Below are positions 1-8,618 of a stretch of 34,828 nucleotides of DNA, piece after piece (the first letter of the stretch is position 1; each line of letters begins with the position of its first letter). The stretch is from a virus (lineage: Duplodnaviria > Caudoviricetes). Below the pieces are notes generated by a model. It was not told the origin of the DNA, did not search any database, and was given only the letters and a program-made list of their open reading frames with translations. Both the position numbers and the translations under genes were made by a program. The DNA lies in the IMG/VR virus record IMGVR_UViG_3300044501_000010, positions 1 through 34,828 of that record; one strand, given 5' to 3'.

Positions 1-86
1 AGTGGCACTTGGGCGGTGTCTACCTCTCCGACTAGGCTGGATCTCAGCCGCCCGGTATCGACCGGGGCCTCGCGCTTGGCTTCATT
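1..86. repeat. Terminal direct repeat, left copy (circularity overlap)
   Basis: Matches 34743-34828 at 82/86 nt, with mismatches at offsets 21, 57, 66 and 84. Confidence 0.95.
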
Positions 87-206
87 GCGGATCGTCTCCG
101 TCGCTCTCTGAAAAAAGATCCCGAGCGGCTTGCCGATCAGATCGGGTTCGAGCTTGCGGACCAGCTCCTTCAAGCCTTCCACGTGGACTTCCATCGCCTG
201 CGCCAT
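1..206 (-). CDS. HK97 gp10-like tail-completion/neck protein, 5' part (continues at 34442-34828)
   Basis: ATG at 206 overlaps the upstream TGA (TGATG). Reads MAQAMEVHVEGLKELVRKL...EAKREAPVDTGRLRSS, with the APVDTGxLRxS motif typical of the family. Confidence 0.85.
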   Translation of the reverse strand, partial: MAQAMEVHVEGLKELVRKLEPDLIGKPLGIFFQRATETIRNEAKREAPVDTGRLRSSLVGEVDTAQVP

Positions 207-823
207 CAGACCGCCACCGGGATCATCCTGATAAATGATTGCAGCATGAGCCGCACGTCCGGGTCGAGCCGTGGGATGACCATGAGCTGCCCGAGTTCGG
301 CGGATCCGACGACCCCGAAGATGGCGTCCTTGCGCTTGAAGAGTCGTTCGCTTTGCAGGAGGGCGGCCTCCAGGATCATGGGCGGTGCGGCGGTCGAGGC
401 TCCGGTCACGTAACCGAAGTCGGCCGTGAGCTCAACACTCTTGGCCTGCCCGGCGGGGAAGCTGTAGAGGCCCTTGGGGGTCGTGGCGATTCGGGTGTAA
501 GGCTGTGGCTGGCTCTGGCTCGGGGCGTTGAACGGGAGTAGGTCGAAGTCCGTCGTCGCCCACGTCCGCTCGTAGATCCGGTCGCCGTCCTCGTCGGTCT
601 TGAGAGTTGTGACCGCGGTCAAATCATCGGTGAAGAGAAGATCGCCAACTTCAGGAGTGTAGTAGCGGACCTGGGCGGCGACCTTGTAGAAGTGGCGGCC
701 GCAGTGGGCATCGACCCAGCGCGAGACGCCCTCCAGGACGGCGCTCAGGATCGCGTCGTCGGTTGTGTCGGTGATCCCGAGGCGGGCCTTGAGGTTGGCG
801 AGAGTCCCGTATTCAAACGCCAC
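206..823 (-). CDS. Head-tail connector/adaptor (gp6 / SPP1 gp15-like)
   Basis: YGTLANLKARLGI..DDAIL..VSRWVDAHCGRHF N-terminus, PPMILEAALLQSERLF and RLDPDVRLML C-terminus; located downstream of the capsid genes. Confidence 0.8.
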   Translation of the reverse strand: MAFEYGTLANLKARLGITDTTDDAILSAVLEGVSRWVDAHCGRHFYKVAAQVRYYTPEVGDLLFTDDLTAVTTLKTDEDGDRIYERTWATTDFDLLPFNAPSQSQPQPYTRIATTPKGLYSFPAGQAKSVELTADFGYVTGASTAAPPMILEAALLQSERLFKRKDAIFGVVGSAELGQLMVIPRLDPDVRLMLQSFIRMIPVAV

Positions 824-825
824 GG

Positions 826-1164
826 TCAGTCATCGCTGGCGTTCGCCCAGGCATTGACCGTCCCGCTGGTGTAGGCGCTGATCCGGGCCCGGACCTTTTG
901 CAACCCGCCGACCTCGTCCAGCATGAACAGCCCGGCGACGGTCGTGGTGAGCGCGCGGGCTCGGGTCGCGGACGCCAGATCGGCCAGCGCCGCGCCCGCC
1001 CAGGTGGCGCCGTCCATTGTCGCCTCCCAGGTGATGGTCCCCACGAAGGTCCCGAAGACCTGGATGACGACATTGCTCCGGCCGGCGACCAGTAGCTCAG
1101 CGCCGTCGCCGATGGCTACCGCCGCGTCCTGGAGCTTGACGACGCCGGTTTGCCCGAGGGTCAC
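826..1164 (-). CDS. Hypothetical beta-rich virion-associated protein
   Basis: 112-aa ORF coupled to its neighbours (GTGA overlap); Ala/Gly/Thr/Val-rich; within the head module. Confidence 0.65.
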   Translation of the reverse strand: MTLGQTGVVKLQDAAVAIGDGAELLVAGRSNVVIQVFGTFVGTITWEATMDGATWAGAALADLASATRARALTTTVAGLFMLDEVGGLQKVRARISAYTSGTVNAWANASDD

Positions 1165-1406
1165 AGCTCGGCCTCGGATTCGCCCTCATCGGCCGCCCGG
1201 TCCCTTCCAGGGGCCAGAAGCTGGCGGTTCTTCTTGCCGCGGGATTTACGCTCACCCTCGGCCAGTTCGATGCAGCCCGGGCGATCCCGGCCGATCCAGC
1301 TGCCAGTGTCCTCGTCCAGGTCGACCTCGGCGCCGGCCTCCCAGGGGCCGAGCGCCTGCCCGGCGTAGGTCCCGGCATAGTCCATCAGTAATCTGTACTT
1401 GGGCAT
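1161..1406 (-). CDS. Small hypothetical protein of the head module
   Basis: GGAGG RBS upstream of the ATG; 81 aa; typical post-capsid position. Confidence 0.7.
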   Translation of the reverse strand: MPKYRLLMDYAGTYAGQALGPWEAGAEVDLDEDTGSWIGRDRPGCIELAEGERKSRGKKNRQLLAPGRDRAADEGESEAEL

Positions 1407-1560
1407 GATGCCTCCGTTGTTCGGCGGGGCCGGAGCGGCAGCTGCCGGTCCCCCCGGTGCTTGTCAGACGGTGTCAATTGGGCCGGACAGGGTCTCGTCC
1501 CCGTCCCAGGTGGAAATTACCCCTGCCTGGCGAATAGAGCCGCCGGGAGCCCCGTTTTTC

Positions 1561-2001
1561 CTAGATCCCCGCACCGTCTCCCAGATAGAGCATCACCCAC
1601 ACGACGACGAACAGATCGGCGGTGATCGGGGCGAAGGTGCCGTTGGTCGTGATCTCGGCGCCGATCCGGGCACCCTTGACGAAGCGGGCCGTCCCGCGCG
1701 GGACGAGCGCGTCCTTGCTCTGGCCGGCGGCCGCGTAGGTCTGAGTCAGGTCCGCTACCTCCGTCCCGTCGATCGTAGGGCCGACGGTGAGCGATCCGGC
1801 GGTCGCCGCGGTGCTGAGTTCCATCGAGATCCCGACGACCTCGCCATCGCACGGCATGGGCACACCCTCGACGTCATTCGCGGTGGCCCCGGCCTCGGCG
1901 ACCTTGAGCTGAACATCGGTCTGCGAGACGGCCAAGTCGACCTGCGCGAAGTGCAGTGGGACGAGCTGGCCCTTGCTGATTACTCTGACGATCTGTGTCA
2001 C
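1561..2001 (-). CDS. Putative capsid decoration/cement protein
   Basis: AGGAGG RBS before a GTG start; 146 aa, beta-rich, immediately downstream of the major capsid gene. Function is inferred from position. Confidence 0.55.
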   Translation of the reverse strand: MTQIVRVISKGQLVPLHFAQVDLAVSQTDVQLKVAEAGATANDVEGVPMPCDGEVVGISMELSTAATAGSLTVGPTIDGTEVADLTQTYAAAGQSKDALVPRGTARFVKGARIGAEITTNGTFAPITADLFVVVWVMLYLGDGAGI

Positions 2002-2030
2002 GGCACAACCCTCCTAGTCGAGGGGCGGAA

Positions 2031-2060
2031 GGACGGGCCCGCTGGTGGGTGGGCCCGTCC
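2031..2060 (-). terminator. GC-rich hairpin downstream of the major capsid gene (attenuator or mRNA stabiliser)
   Basis: GGACGGGCCC (2031-2040) and GGGCCCGTCC (2051-2060) form a perfect 10-bp stem with a 10-nt loop; only a short U tail follows. Confidence 0.55.
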
Positions 2061-2085
2061 CCTCACCCGTGTCGGATCACGCCGA

Positions 2086-3627
2086 TCAAAGCGTGATGTT
2101 AAACAGCGTGTCGCTTGCCTCGATCCCCGAAGCCGCCCCGGTGGGCGTGAACCGCCCGAAGGCGGCCCGCAGGCTGTAGATCAGCCGGGTCTGGTCTCGT
2201 CCGGGCAGCCGCTCAGTCTCAAGCTTTACCCGCCGGCGCCAGCCCCACTTGAAGCCCCGCCGGTTGTAGGTCGCGATCTGGCCCTTGGTGTTGTTAGCAG
2301 CGGTAGTCGAAACCTTTCCGTCGGCCTCGGTCTTGCTCATCGCGATCGAGCTGATGACCGGGCGCCCGAGGATCCGGGCGACCTCGCCGTTGAACAGCGG
2401 GACGTTCTGCATCTGCTTGTACTTGAGCACCTCGTCCAGGGTTGCGATCCGATCAGCTGTCTCCGGGTCCGCGACGTGGATGACGTCGCTCGGGTCGTTC
2501 GGGTGGCCCCAGTCCACGAAACGGGCCGCGTCGATCATGCGGCCGATCGTGTCCCGCAGGAGCGTGAAGCTGACCGCGCCCGCCGCGTCCTTCGAGTTGG
2601 CGGTGTTGTCCACCAGCCCGGCGTGCCGAATGCCATCGAACGCCAGGTAGTGCTTGTCGTCCGCCGGGTCGGCGTCGTCCAGATTGATGTTGCCGGTCGC
2701 GGTGTTAGTCGTGTCGCCGTTGAGCTCCACGCTGTCGCTGTAGTGCGCGAGCGACAGAGTCGCCTGGCGCCGCAGAAACGGCACGAACGGGACAATGGAA
2801 TCCTCCTCCATCTCGCCTGACCAGATCTGATGGATGATGAACTTCTTGGCATCCACCTGCACCCGCTGCGACCCGGTCTTCTTGGTCGCGTAATCGGCGT
2901 CGGTCGGCCCCGTCTTCTCGGCCACGAATAGCATCTCGGGGATGTCGACCTCGACCGGCAGGAACGCGGTCGCATCCAGCATCTCGAAGCTCTCGATCGT
3001 TGCCGCGATCCGGCTCGCCGCTCGGGCGGCCTCCCATAGCTCGCGGACGTACTGCTGCCCGACGAGCTGCAGGCCGAAGCCCGTTTCAGCCGTGTCCATC
3101 GCCCGGGTGCCGTCGGCCTGCACGGCCGCGATCGCTTGCTGGTAGGCCCCGGTCAGCTCGAACTTGCCTTTGACCGCCAGCTGGCGGTCCTTGCCCTGGA
3201 ACCAGGTCAGCGGGATCCGGGGGAACAGCCCCTCGATCGCCCGCCTGTCGATCGCCTGGACCTCGGCCTCGGGGAGGTACATGGCGTCACTGATGGCCTC
3301 GAAAGTGTTGCGCAGCTCCTCCGACGGGCCCTCATAGACGCCGCCCCCGTCCCCACCGACCCGCTTCATCCCGCGCATTGCGCTCTGCAAGTCGAACAGG
3401 AACTCCACGTCGGCCAGCGTCAGGCCGAAGCGGGCGTACTTGGTCCCGACCAGCTTGGACGGGACGCCCTCGGCGCCGAAGCGCATCTTGCGGACGAAGG
3501 TCTCGTCCTGCATCAGCTTGTCGAGGCTGGTCTTCACGATCGCCTCGATCGCCTCAGGGCTGGCCTGCTTGCCGATCGCCGCGAGCCGATCATGGATGTC
3601 CTTCACCAGTTCTGCTTGTGTGCTCAT
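2086..3627 (-). CDS. Major capsid protein (HK97 fold), about 513 aa
   Basis: True start is probably ATG 3627 (AGGAG RBS; MSTQAELVKD) rather than 3894. Motifs RAMDTAETGFG..LV, SGEMEEDS, LNGDT, FDGIR and ILGRPVI; follows the protease. Confidence 0.9.
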   Translation of the reverse strand: MSTQAELVKDIHDRLAAIGKQASPEAIEAIVKTSLDKLMQDETFVRKMRFGAEGVPSKLVGTKYARFGLTLADVEFLFDLQSAMRGMKRVGGDGGGVYEGPSEELRNTFEAISDAMYLPEAEVQAIDRRAIEGLFPRIPLTWFQGKDRQLAVKGKFELTGAYQQAIAAVQADGTRAMDTAETGFGLQLVGQQYVRELWEAARAASRIAATIESFEMLDATAFLPVEVDIPEMLFVAEKTGPTDADYATKKTGSQRVQVDAKKFIIHQIWSGEMEEDSIVPFVPFLRRQATLSLAHYSDSVELNGDTTNTATGNINLDDADPADDKHYLAFDGIRHAGLVDNTANSKDAAGAVSFTLLRDTIGRMIDAARFVDWGHPNDPSDVIHVADPETADRIATLDEVLKYKQMQNVPLFNGEVARILGRPVISSIAMSKTEADGKVSTTAANNTKGQIATYNRRGFKWGWRRRVKLETERLPGRDQTRLIYSLRAAFGRFTPTGAASGIEASDTLFNITL

Positions 3628-3635
3628 TTCGTCTC

Positions 3636-4991
3636 CTAGTTGGGAGCGACGACGATCCGATGCAGGTCGGCCAGGAATGCGGCCGCCGCCCGTTCGCCAT
3701 CCTCCGATGGAATTTCGGGTTCCTCTTTCTTGGCGCGCTCTAGCACGGCTAGGATCAGGTCCGCCGCCTGCTGCAGGTCGTCCCGGTTCCGGGCATTCAG
3801 CACCGCCCCGATCCGGGTCCCCAGCTCGCCCTCCAGAAACAGGCCCGCGATGTCGTCCGGTCCGAGGGCCTTGAGTTCCTCGGCCGTCCGCCACTCGGGC
3901 GGGATCCTATCGAGCTTGCGGTATATCCTCTCCAAGCTATTGTAGATCGCCCGTCTCGCCTCCTCGCCTACTCCACAGTCCGGCGCGAAGAGGGCGGCCA
4001 TCGCAGCCGCCGTCCCCCGCCACACCGCGTCACGTTCGGTGGGCAGCGAGCGCGGGAAATCCGCGCTGGTGATCTGTGCGCACTGGCCCTTGAGCCAGCC
4101 GCAGAAGTTCTCCTTGTCAGTCGGCGCGAATTCGCCGAAGTCCGTGTCCATGCAGGTGTCGAAGCTTCCACCCGTCGCGGCGCATAGGCCGTCGAGCAAC
4201 TGCTCTGGCATCTGCCTGGCGTTGATCTTGGTGAAGCCTTTTCGCCGCATCTCGTCGGCGCAGGAGGGGCAGAGCTGCTCCATCTGTTCGACCGTCAGCC
4301 ACAAGTCCGGCGCCGCATGGGTCGCCGCGCCGATCGCTGCGATCTGATCATGGGCTCCTTGCTCGGTCTCGTGGCAGCCGAGGCTTTCGCCGGCCGCCTG
4401 GCCGTCTACGACTTTATAGACGCAGAAAGGCTTATCGTCTGGTCCATTCTTAACGACCGTCCAGGGCCGGCCCTCGTCAGGCTCGGCCCGGATGGTTCGC
4501 TCGAGCTCGCGGGTCAGCGAACGCAGCGCCACGATCTGGCGTTCCTTGAGCGCGTCCGGGTCGCCCGGCACCGGCACGGCCGAGACGTCGAGCAGCTCGG
4601 CCTTGGTGATCCTGGGCGGCTTCCCGTTCCCCGGCTGGCTCTCCATCGTGTTCCATCCGACAGACACCGCGCTCAGGAAGCCGCGGCGATACTTCGATTC
4701 GACTTTCCGGGCGAATTCGTCCTGCTGGTCGAAGGTGACGTCGGCGACTAGGTGCTTAGCCTCTGTGGAAACCTCGGCCCGCCCGATCGGCAGGCGCTCG
4801 CCGAAATAATCATGGGCCCAGAGAAAGACCGGATTCTTTCGGTAGTTATCGAGCTGCCAGCCGGCGGCCTCGATGACCATGCCGTCCCGGCCGACGCCCT
4901 CGGTCGAGGCCTTGAAACGAATCGGCGAGCCGGGCTCGTCCTGCCCGTCCCCGATTTCGCGGTACGCGCGCAGATAAGAAGTCTTCGTCAT
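3636..4991 (-). CDS. HK97-family prohead protease with a long C-terminal extension
   Basis: ASTEGVGRDG, NYRKNPVFLWAHDY..LPIGR, GFLSAVSVGW and ELLDVSAVPVPGDPDAL; GGGGAG RBS. Confidence 0.9.
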   Translation of the reverse strand: MTKTSYLRAYREIGDGQDEPGSPIRFKASTEGVGRDGMVIEAAGWQLDNYRKNPVFLWAHDYFGERLPIGRAEVSTEAKHLVADVTFDQQDEFARKVESKYRRGFLSAVSVGWNTMESQPGNGKPPRITKAELLDVSAVPVPGDPDALKERQIVALRSLTRELERTIRAEPDEGRPWTVVKNGPDDKPFCVYKVVDGQAAGESLGCHETEQGAHDQIAAIGAATHAAPDLWLTVEQMEQLCPSCADEMRRKGFTKINARQMPEQLLDGLCAATGGSFDTCMDTDFGEFAPTDKENFCGWLKGQCAQITSADFPRSLPTERDAVWRGTAAAMAALFAPDCGVGEEARRAIYNSLERIYRKLDRIPPEWRTAEELKALGPDDIAGLFLEGELGTRIGAVLNARNRDDLQQAADLILAVLERAKKEEPEIPSEDGERAAAAFLADLHRIVVAPN

Positions 4992-5038
4992 CGTCTTTCT
5001 CTCCCCTCTATAGCACGGATTCGCGCGTTTGCATAGCG

Positions 5039-5449
5039 TTACCAGTCCATGATGCCGAGGTCGCGCAGCTCTTGTTCATCATCTTCCAAGCTGCGAAGTC
5101 CTACGGCGAAACCTGTTTCGATCTGCGCCAGCATAGTCCAGTCGGTCTGGAATTGCGCGTTGAGTTGACTCAGGATCGCCCAACGTCCAGCAAGTCTCAT
5201 CCCGACTTGGCAACGGATTTCCCAAGCAGCGGCGCGCCCAGCCTCGACCGCCTGGACATATTCGACTTGCCATTCGGCCCCGAGCTCGAGATCGACCGGC
5301 GTGATGACGACCGCCAGGCCGGGGATGAAGACCGGGATGCCGTGCGCAAGAACTGCTGGGGCGGGAGGCACTCCGGTCGCCCCGCCCGACAATCCAGCGA
5401 ACAACCCGAACCCAAGGTTCGTGATCGAGCGTCCGCGCTTGGCTGGCAT
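5039..5449 (-). CDS. Hypothetical protein
   Basis: 136 aa; tightly packed in the minus-strand operon. Confidence 0.6.
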   Translation of the reverse strand: MPAKRGRSITNLGFGLFAGLSGGATGVPPAPAVLAHGIPVFIPGLAVVITPVDLELGAEWQVEYVQAVEAGRAAAWEIRCQVGMRLAGRWAILSQLNAQFQTDWTMLAQIETGFAVGLRSLEDDEQELRDLGIMDW

Positions 5450-5452
5450 CCC

Positions 5453-5683
5453 CTATCGAATGAGCTCAATGAGCTGATCGAGAATTGTCCTCAGCGCAAT
5501 GGCTATGAACGGTGGCAGCAGAGCGTTCCACTTCCCGGGCCGGTCTCGATAGCCCGGCATCGTGGGGATGCCCTGCATGCGGATCATGGTCGGCTGCCCG
5601 ACTGCCAGCGTCCCGCCCCCGACGTCGTAAGGTGTCAGGAAGCCGCCCATCTCGTGGCGATTGCGGCCGCGAACGTTAGCCAC
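5453..5683 (-). CDS. Small hypothetical protein carrying the GQPT..R.QG.PT..G.RDRPG.WN motif
   Basis: 76 aa with 3-nt gaps on both sides; shares a 27-aa motif with the C-terminus of 7326-8618. Confidence 0.7.
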   Translation of the reverse strand: MANVRGRNRHEMGGFLTPYDVGGGTLAVGQPTMIRMQGIPTMPGYRDRPGKWNALLPPFIAIALRTILDQLIELIR

Positions 5684-5686
5684 GGC

Positions 5687-7000
5687 TTAGACCGCGCCGG
5701 TTAACTCGTCGACCGGGTTCAGAGTCGCATCCGCGGTGACGACCTGGCTCGCATGGATCGTCAATCCGTCGCTGCGGTAGATTTCCAGCGTGCCAACGTT
5801 GTCCCGGATCCGGTGGACGGCCTTCATCACAGCGGCGCCGAGGGATTTGACCGGCGCGGTCGCCTCCCAATTGGAGCTGGCCCGAGTCATGATTGCGTCG
5901 GCGATCTCGTTGGCCGCGTCAACAGCCAGTTCGCTCGCTCCGATCGCGTCCACGCCAATGTCCGCGGCGGCCAGGACGAATCCGAGCGCAGTCAGGTTTC
6001 TCGTCACGCTCGCCCATACCTTATCCGCCGCGGCTTGCGCGAATTCGAGCGAGCCAATGGCATCGGTTGCGATCGCGGCTGCATCGATGGCGCCGGCCGC
6101 GAACGCGGCCGCTATGATCACTCCGGTTTGCATTGCCCCTGCCGAAACATCGACCCTGCCCGTCAGCAGCGCGTTGACGACCGCCCCAAGCCAGGTCGCC
6201 ACATCGACCCGTGCCGCCGGCCTGATGACGAATACGCTGGTCGCATCCGGAGCCGTGATCCAATTCGGCGAGACGCTGGCTACTTTTGTGGCGCCGACAT
6301 AATCCAAGATCAATCGCGCCTGGCCCACGCCGGTGGCCCCGGTGATCTGCACTACCGCGTCATTGTAGAAATCGTCAACCGCGCTAGCCGCCGCATCGAG
6401 AGTGATCGATCCGACTGCGCCACCCGCGGCGGTACCATCCCGGATAGGCTGGGCGGCCCGGCCGAAGGAACCCGCGGCTACGTGGGCCGAGAGCAGCTCG
6501 TCCCAGACTTTGTCGACGATGCCGTCCTGCTCGGCCGCGGTGAGGGCATATCCGGTCTTGTCGCCGACAACCTGAGCGTTCGCGTCGACCCGGCCCGTGA
6601 TCAAGGCCGAGGGGGCGACACCGACCCACAAACCCAGATCGACTCGCCCGCTCGCGTCGACCGCGAGGCTCCGCCCGGAGACTGCCGGAAAGGCCAGATC
6701 GATCAGCTGTCGCGCGGCGGTGTACATCACGTTGACCGCGGTCTTGGCTCCGGCTGTCGTGGTCTTCGTGATCGTCGCCACGATGTCGGCGGTCATCTCA
6801 GTCGCGGTCAGCGCCAAGGTGTACATACCGCTGGTGGTCGCGATCTCGGTCGCCTCGGCCGTCACGTCCGTAAATGTGCCTGCGTCTTTCGACACTTCGC
6901 TGTCCAGGGTCGCCGCCGCGCTCACCAGATCCCCATCGGCGTCGTAGATCGGAAAAGTGACAGTGAAAGCTGCTGCTCGTTTCGGAGGCCAGTCGGCCAT
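5687..7000 (-). CDS. Ala/Thr-rich virion fibre-like protein
   Basis: AGGAG RBS; 437 aa with internal repeats (GRVDLGLWVGV / RVDVATWLGA; IVDKVWDE / AADKVWAS; AIDAAAIATDAIG / AADIGVDAIGASEL). Confidence 0.7.
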   Translation of the reverse strand: MADWPPKRAAAFTVTFPIYDADGDLVSAAATLDSEVSKDAGTFTDVTAEATEIATTSGMYTLALTATEMTADIVATITKTTTAGAKTAVNVMYTAARQLIDLAFPAVSGRSLAVDASGRVDLGLWVGVAPSALITGRVDANAQVVGDKTGYALTAAEQDGIVDKVWDELLSAHVAAGSFGRAAQPIRDGTAAGGAVGSITLDAAASAVDDFYNDAVVQITGATGVGQARLILDYVGATKVASVSPNWITAPDATSVFVIRPAARVDVATWLGAVVNALLTGRVDVSAGAMQTGVIIAAAFAAGAIDAAAIATDAIGSLEFAQAAADKVWASVTRNLTALGFVLAAADIGVDAIGASELAVDAANEIADAIMTRASSNWEATAPVKSLGAAVMKAVHRIRDNVGTLEIYRSDGLTIHASQVVTADATLNPVDELTGAV

Positions 7001-7002
7001 GG

Positions 7003-7326
7003 TTACTTCTCCTTCCCGGCTATCCGGGCAAACAATCGATCGGCCAAACTGGGCGGCTTGACTAGTTTAAGTTGCCGCAACCAGTGTTCACCTTCGAGCT
7101 TTTCAATCCTCAATATCAACGAAGGCCGCAGGTTTCGCTCTCGGGTTCCTGCCGTCGACAGCGCCAAGCGTTCCTGTCCGCTGCCTTCTCGCACGTCGAT
7201 CCGAACGTGGATGAACTCTGGATCGGCCTCATCGCCCTCGACCATGCCGAGCACTTGGGCGACGAATTCTCCCGCCCGCTTGTGCCAGAAACGATACACC
7301 TCTCCGCGCTTCAGTTCGAGTTCCAT
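7003..7326 (-). CDS. Hypothetical protein
   Basis: Likely start ATG 7326 overlaps the upstream TAA (TAATG); charged globular composition. Confidence 0.65.
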   Translation of the reverse strand: MELELKRGEVYRFWHKRAGEFVAQVLGMVEGDEADPEFIHVRIDVREGSGQERLALSTAGTRERNLRPSLILRIEKLEGEHWLRQLKLVKPPSLADRLFARIAGKEK

Positions 7327-8618
7327 TAGTTCCATCCTCCAGGCCGATCCCGACGGCCCGATCCGGTCGGCACTCCCTGGGTGCGATGCTGGGTCGGCTG
7401 GCCGACGGCGGCCTCGGCCGGCCCGAAGGCCACGTACCAGACGAAGGACTGCGCCGGATCGGCGTCGTCCATGACTGCGGTGAATCCATCCGCGTCCATC
7501 GACTGCAAATCCATCAGTCCGTCAATCGTGTCGGTCGCGGTATTGAGATTGGCATACACCTCATCGTACTCGACCGCCGAGGCGCAATTTTCAGTCGCCA
7601 CCAAGTCCTCGTCCCGCAGGGCGCAGGCCACCCGCTCGGCCATCCCGGTCGCGGCCCCCACGCTCAGCATGAAGTGGGTTTGCTTCGTATCCTGGACGGA
7701 CTCGCTGGTGCCATGGCTGACCATTAGCACTGCGCTCGGAGCAAAGCCGAAGCCGGTCTCCGAGATGGTGGCCCCCAGGGTCGTCGAGGTCAGCAGCGAG
7801 CCGACCAAGAAGTTCCCACCCTTGATCGCCAGGTAGTGCACCCGGTTGGCGGCGCCGGCCTCCAGCCAGTTCACCGTGAAGCCGTCCGCGTCCATCGAGA
7901 CGAAATCCGCCCGGTCGAGGGTCGATCCGCCGCCCTGCGGGTTGGTCGTGTAGCATTCGATGTCGTTGCAGTAGCGGGCGGTGTCGGTGGTCGCGGCGGC
8001 ATCGACGATGGCGTTCGCCAGGACGGCCCGCTGGGTGGACGAGCGGGCGGCCCCGATGGTGAAGGACGACCCGGCGGTCCAGACATTCGCATCGCTGGTG
8101 GAACGCCGTCCGGCCAGGATCACCAGGTCGGGCTGGAACCCCACCCCGGTCACGGCCTGGTTGCCTAGCGCGTTGGCCATCGTGAAATGGGAGGCCTTGG
8201 CGTTAGTGATCGAATCGCCTCCCAGGGCCAGATAATGCACCCGGCGGTTAGTGACCCAGGCATCCACGACCACCATCGTGAAGCCGTCAGCGTCGAATGA
8301 CTGCAACCCGAGGATGCCGGTGATCGCCGTCCCATTGCTTTCGACCACGGCCCCGTCTACGACCTGAGAACGCCCCGCGTCCGAGGTCGCCGCCGCCTCG
8401 AGACTGAAACCCCCAATGGCCCGCTCTTGAGTAGAGCTCGTGCAGAAGCCAAAGCTCGGTACGAGGGAAAGCGCCCCGACCGTATCGACGCCCTCGGTCC
8501 GGCCCGACATCCAGCAAATCAGCGCCTTGGGTTGGAAGCCTACGCCCGTGACGACGACCGTCGAGCCAACGGCGCCCGTTCCCGATTGGAACGTGCCAAC
8601 TTTGGCCTGGAGGGTCAT
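7326..8618 (-). CDS. Virion-associated protein with three tandem repeats of about 130 aa
   Basis: Three copies of TG[VF]GF.P..[LV] ... S[FM]DADGFT ... (V)HYLA/WYVA; ATGA coupling with the upstream gene. Confidence 0.75.
   Translation of the reverse strand: MTLQAKVGTFQSGTGAVGSTVVVTGVGFQPKALICWMSGRTEGVDTVGALSLVPSFGFCTSSTQERAIGGFSLEAAATSDAGRSQVVDGAVVESNGTAITGILGLQSFDADGFTMVVVDAWVTNRRVHYLALGGDSITNAKASHFTMANALGNQAVTGVGFQPDLVILAGRRSTSDANVWTAGSSFTIGAARSSTQRAVLANAIVDAAATTDTARYCNDIECYTTNPQGGGSTLDRADFVSMDADGFTVNWLEAGAANRVHYLAIKGGNFLVGSLLTSTTLGATISETGFGFAPSAVLMVSHGTSESVQDTKQTHFMLSVGAATGMAERVACALRDEDLVATENCASAVEYDEVYANLNTATDTIDGLMDLQSMDADGFTAVMDDADPAQSFVWYVAFGPAEAAVGQPTQHRTQGVPTGSGRRDRPGGWN

Noticed and set aside
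1399-2820. 473-aa plus-strand ORF, and similar long antisense ORFs at 5753-7474, 10952-12283, 12580-13719, 16364-17383 and 33130-34056
   Set aside because: These are shadows of high-GC3 genes with Arg/Gly/Asp/His-biased composition and no motifs. They show that an open antisense frame alone is weak evidence here. ORF 9581-10318 is kept only because of its domain motifs, promoter and exact nesting.
3628-3894. N-terminal extension of the capsid ORF in the track
   Set aside because: It overlaps the protease gene and is low-complexity; a clear RBS precedes ATG 3627.
5007-5015. TGCTATAGA as an internal promoter for the protease/capsid genes
   Set aside because: It lacks the conserved final T of the -10 hexamer and runs into the RBS; too weak to call.
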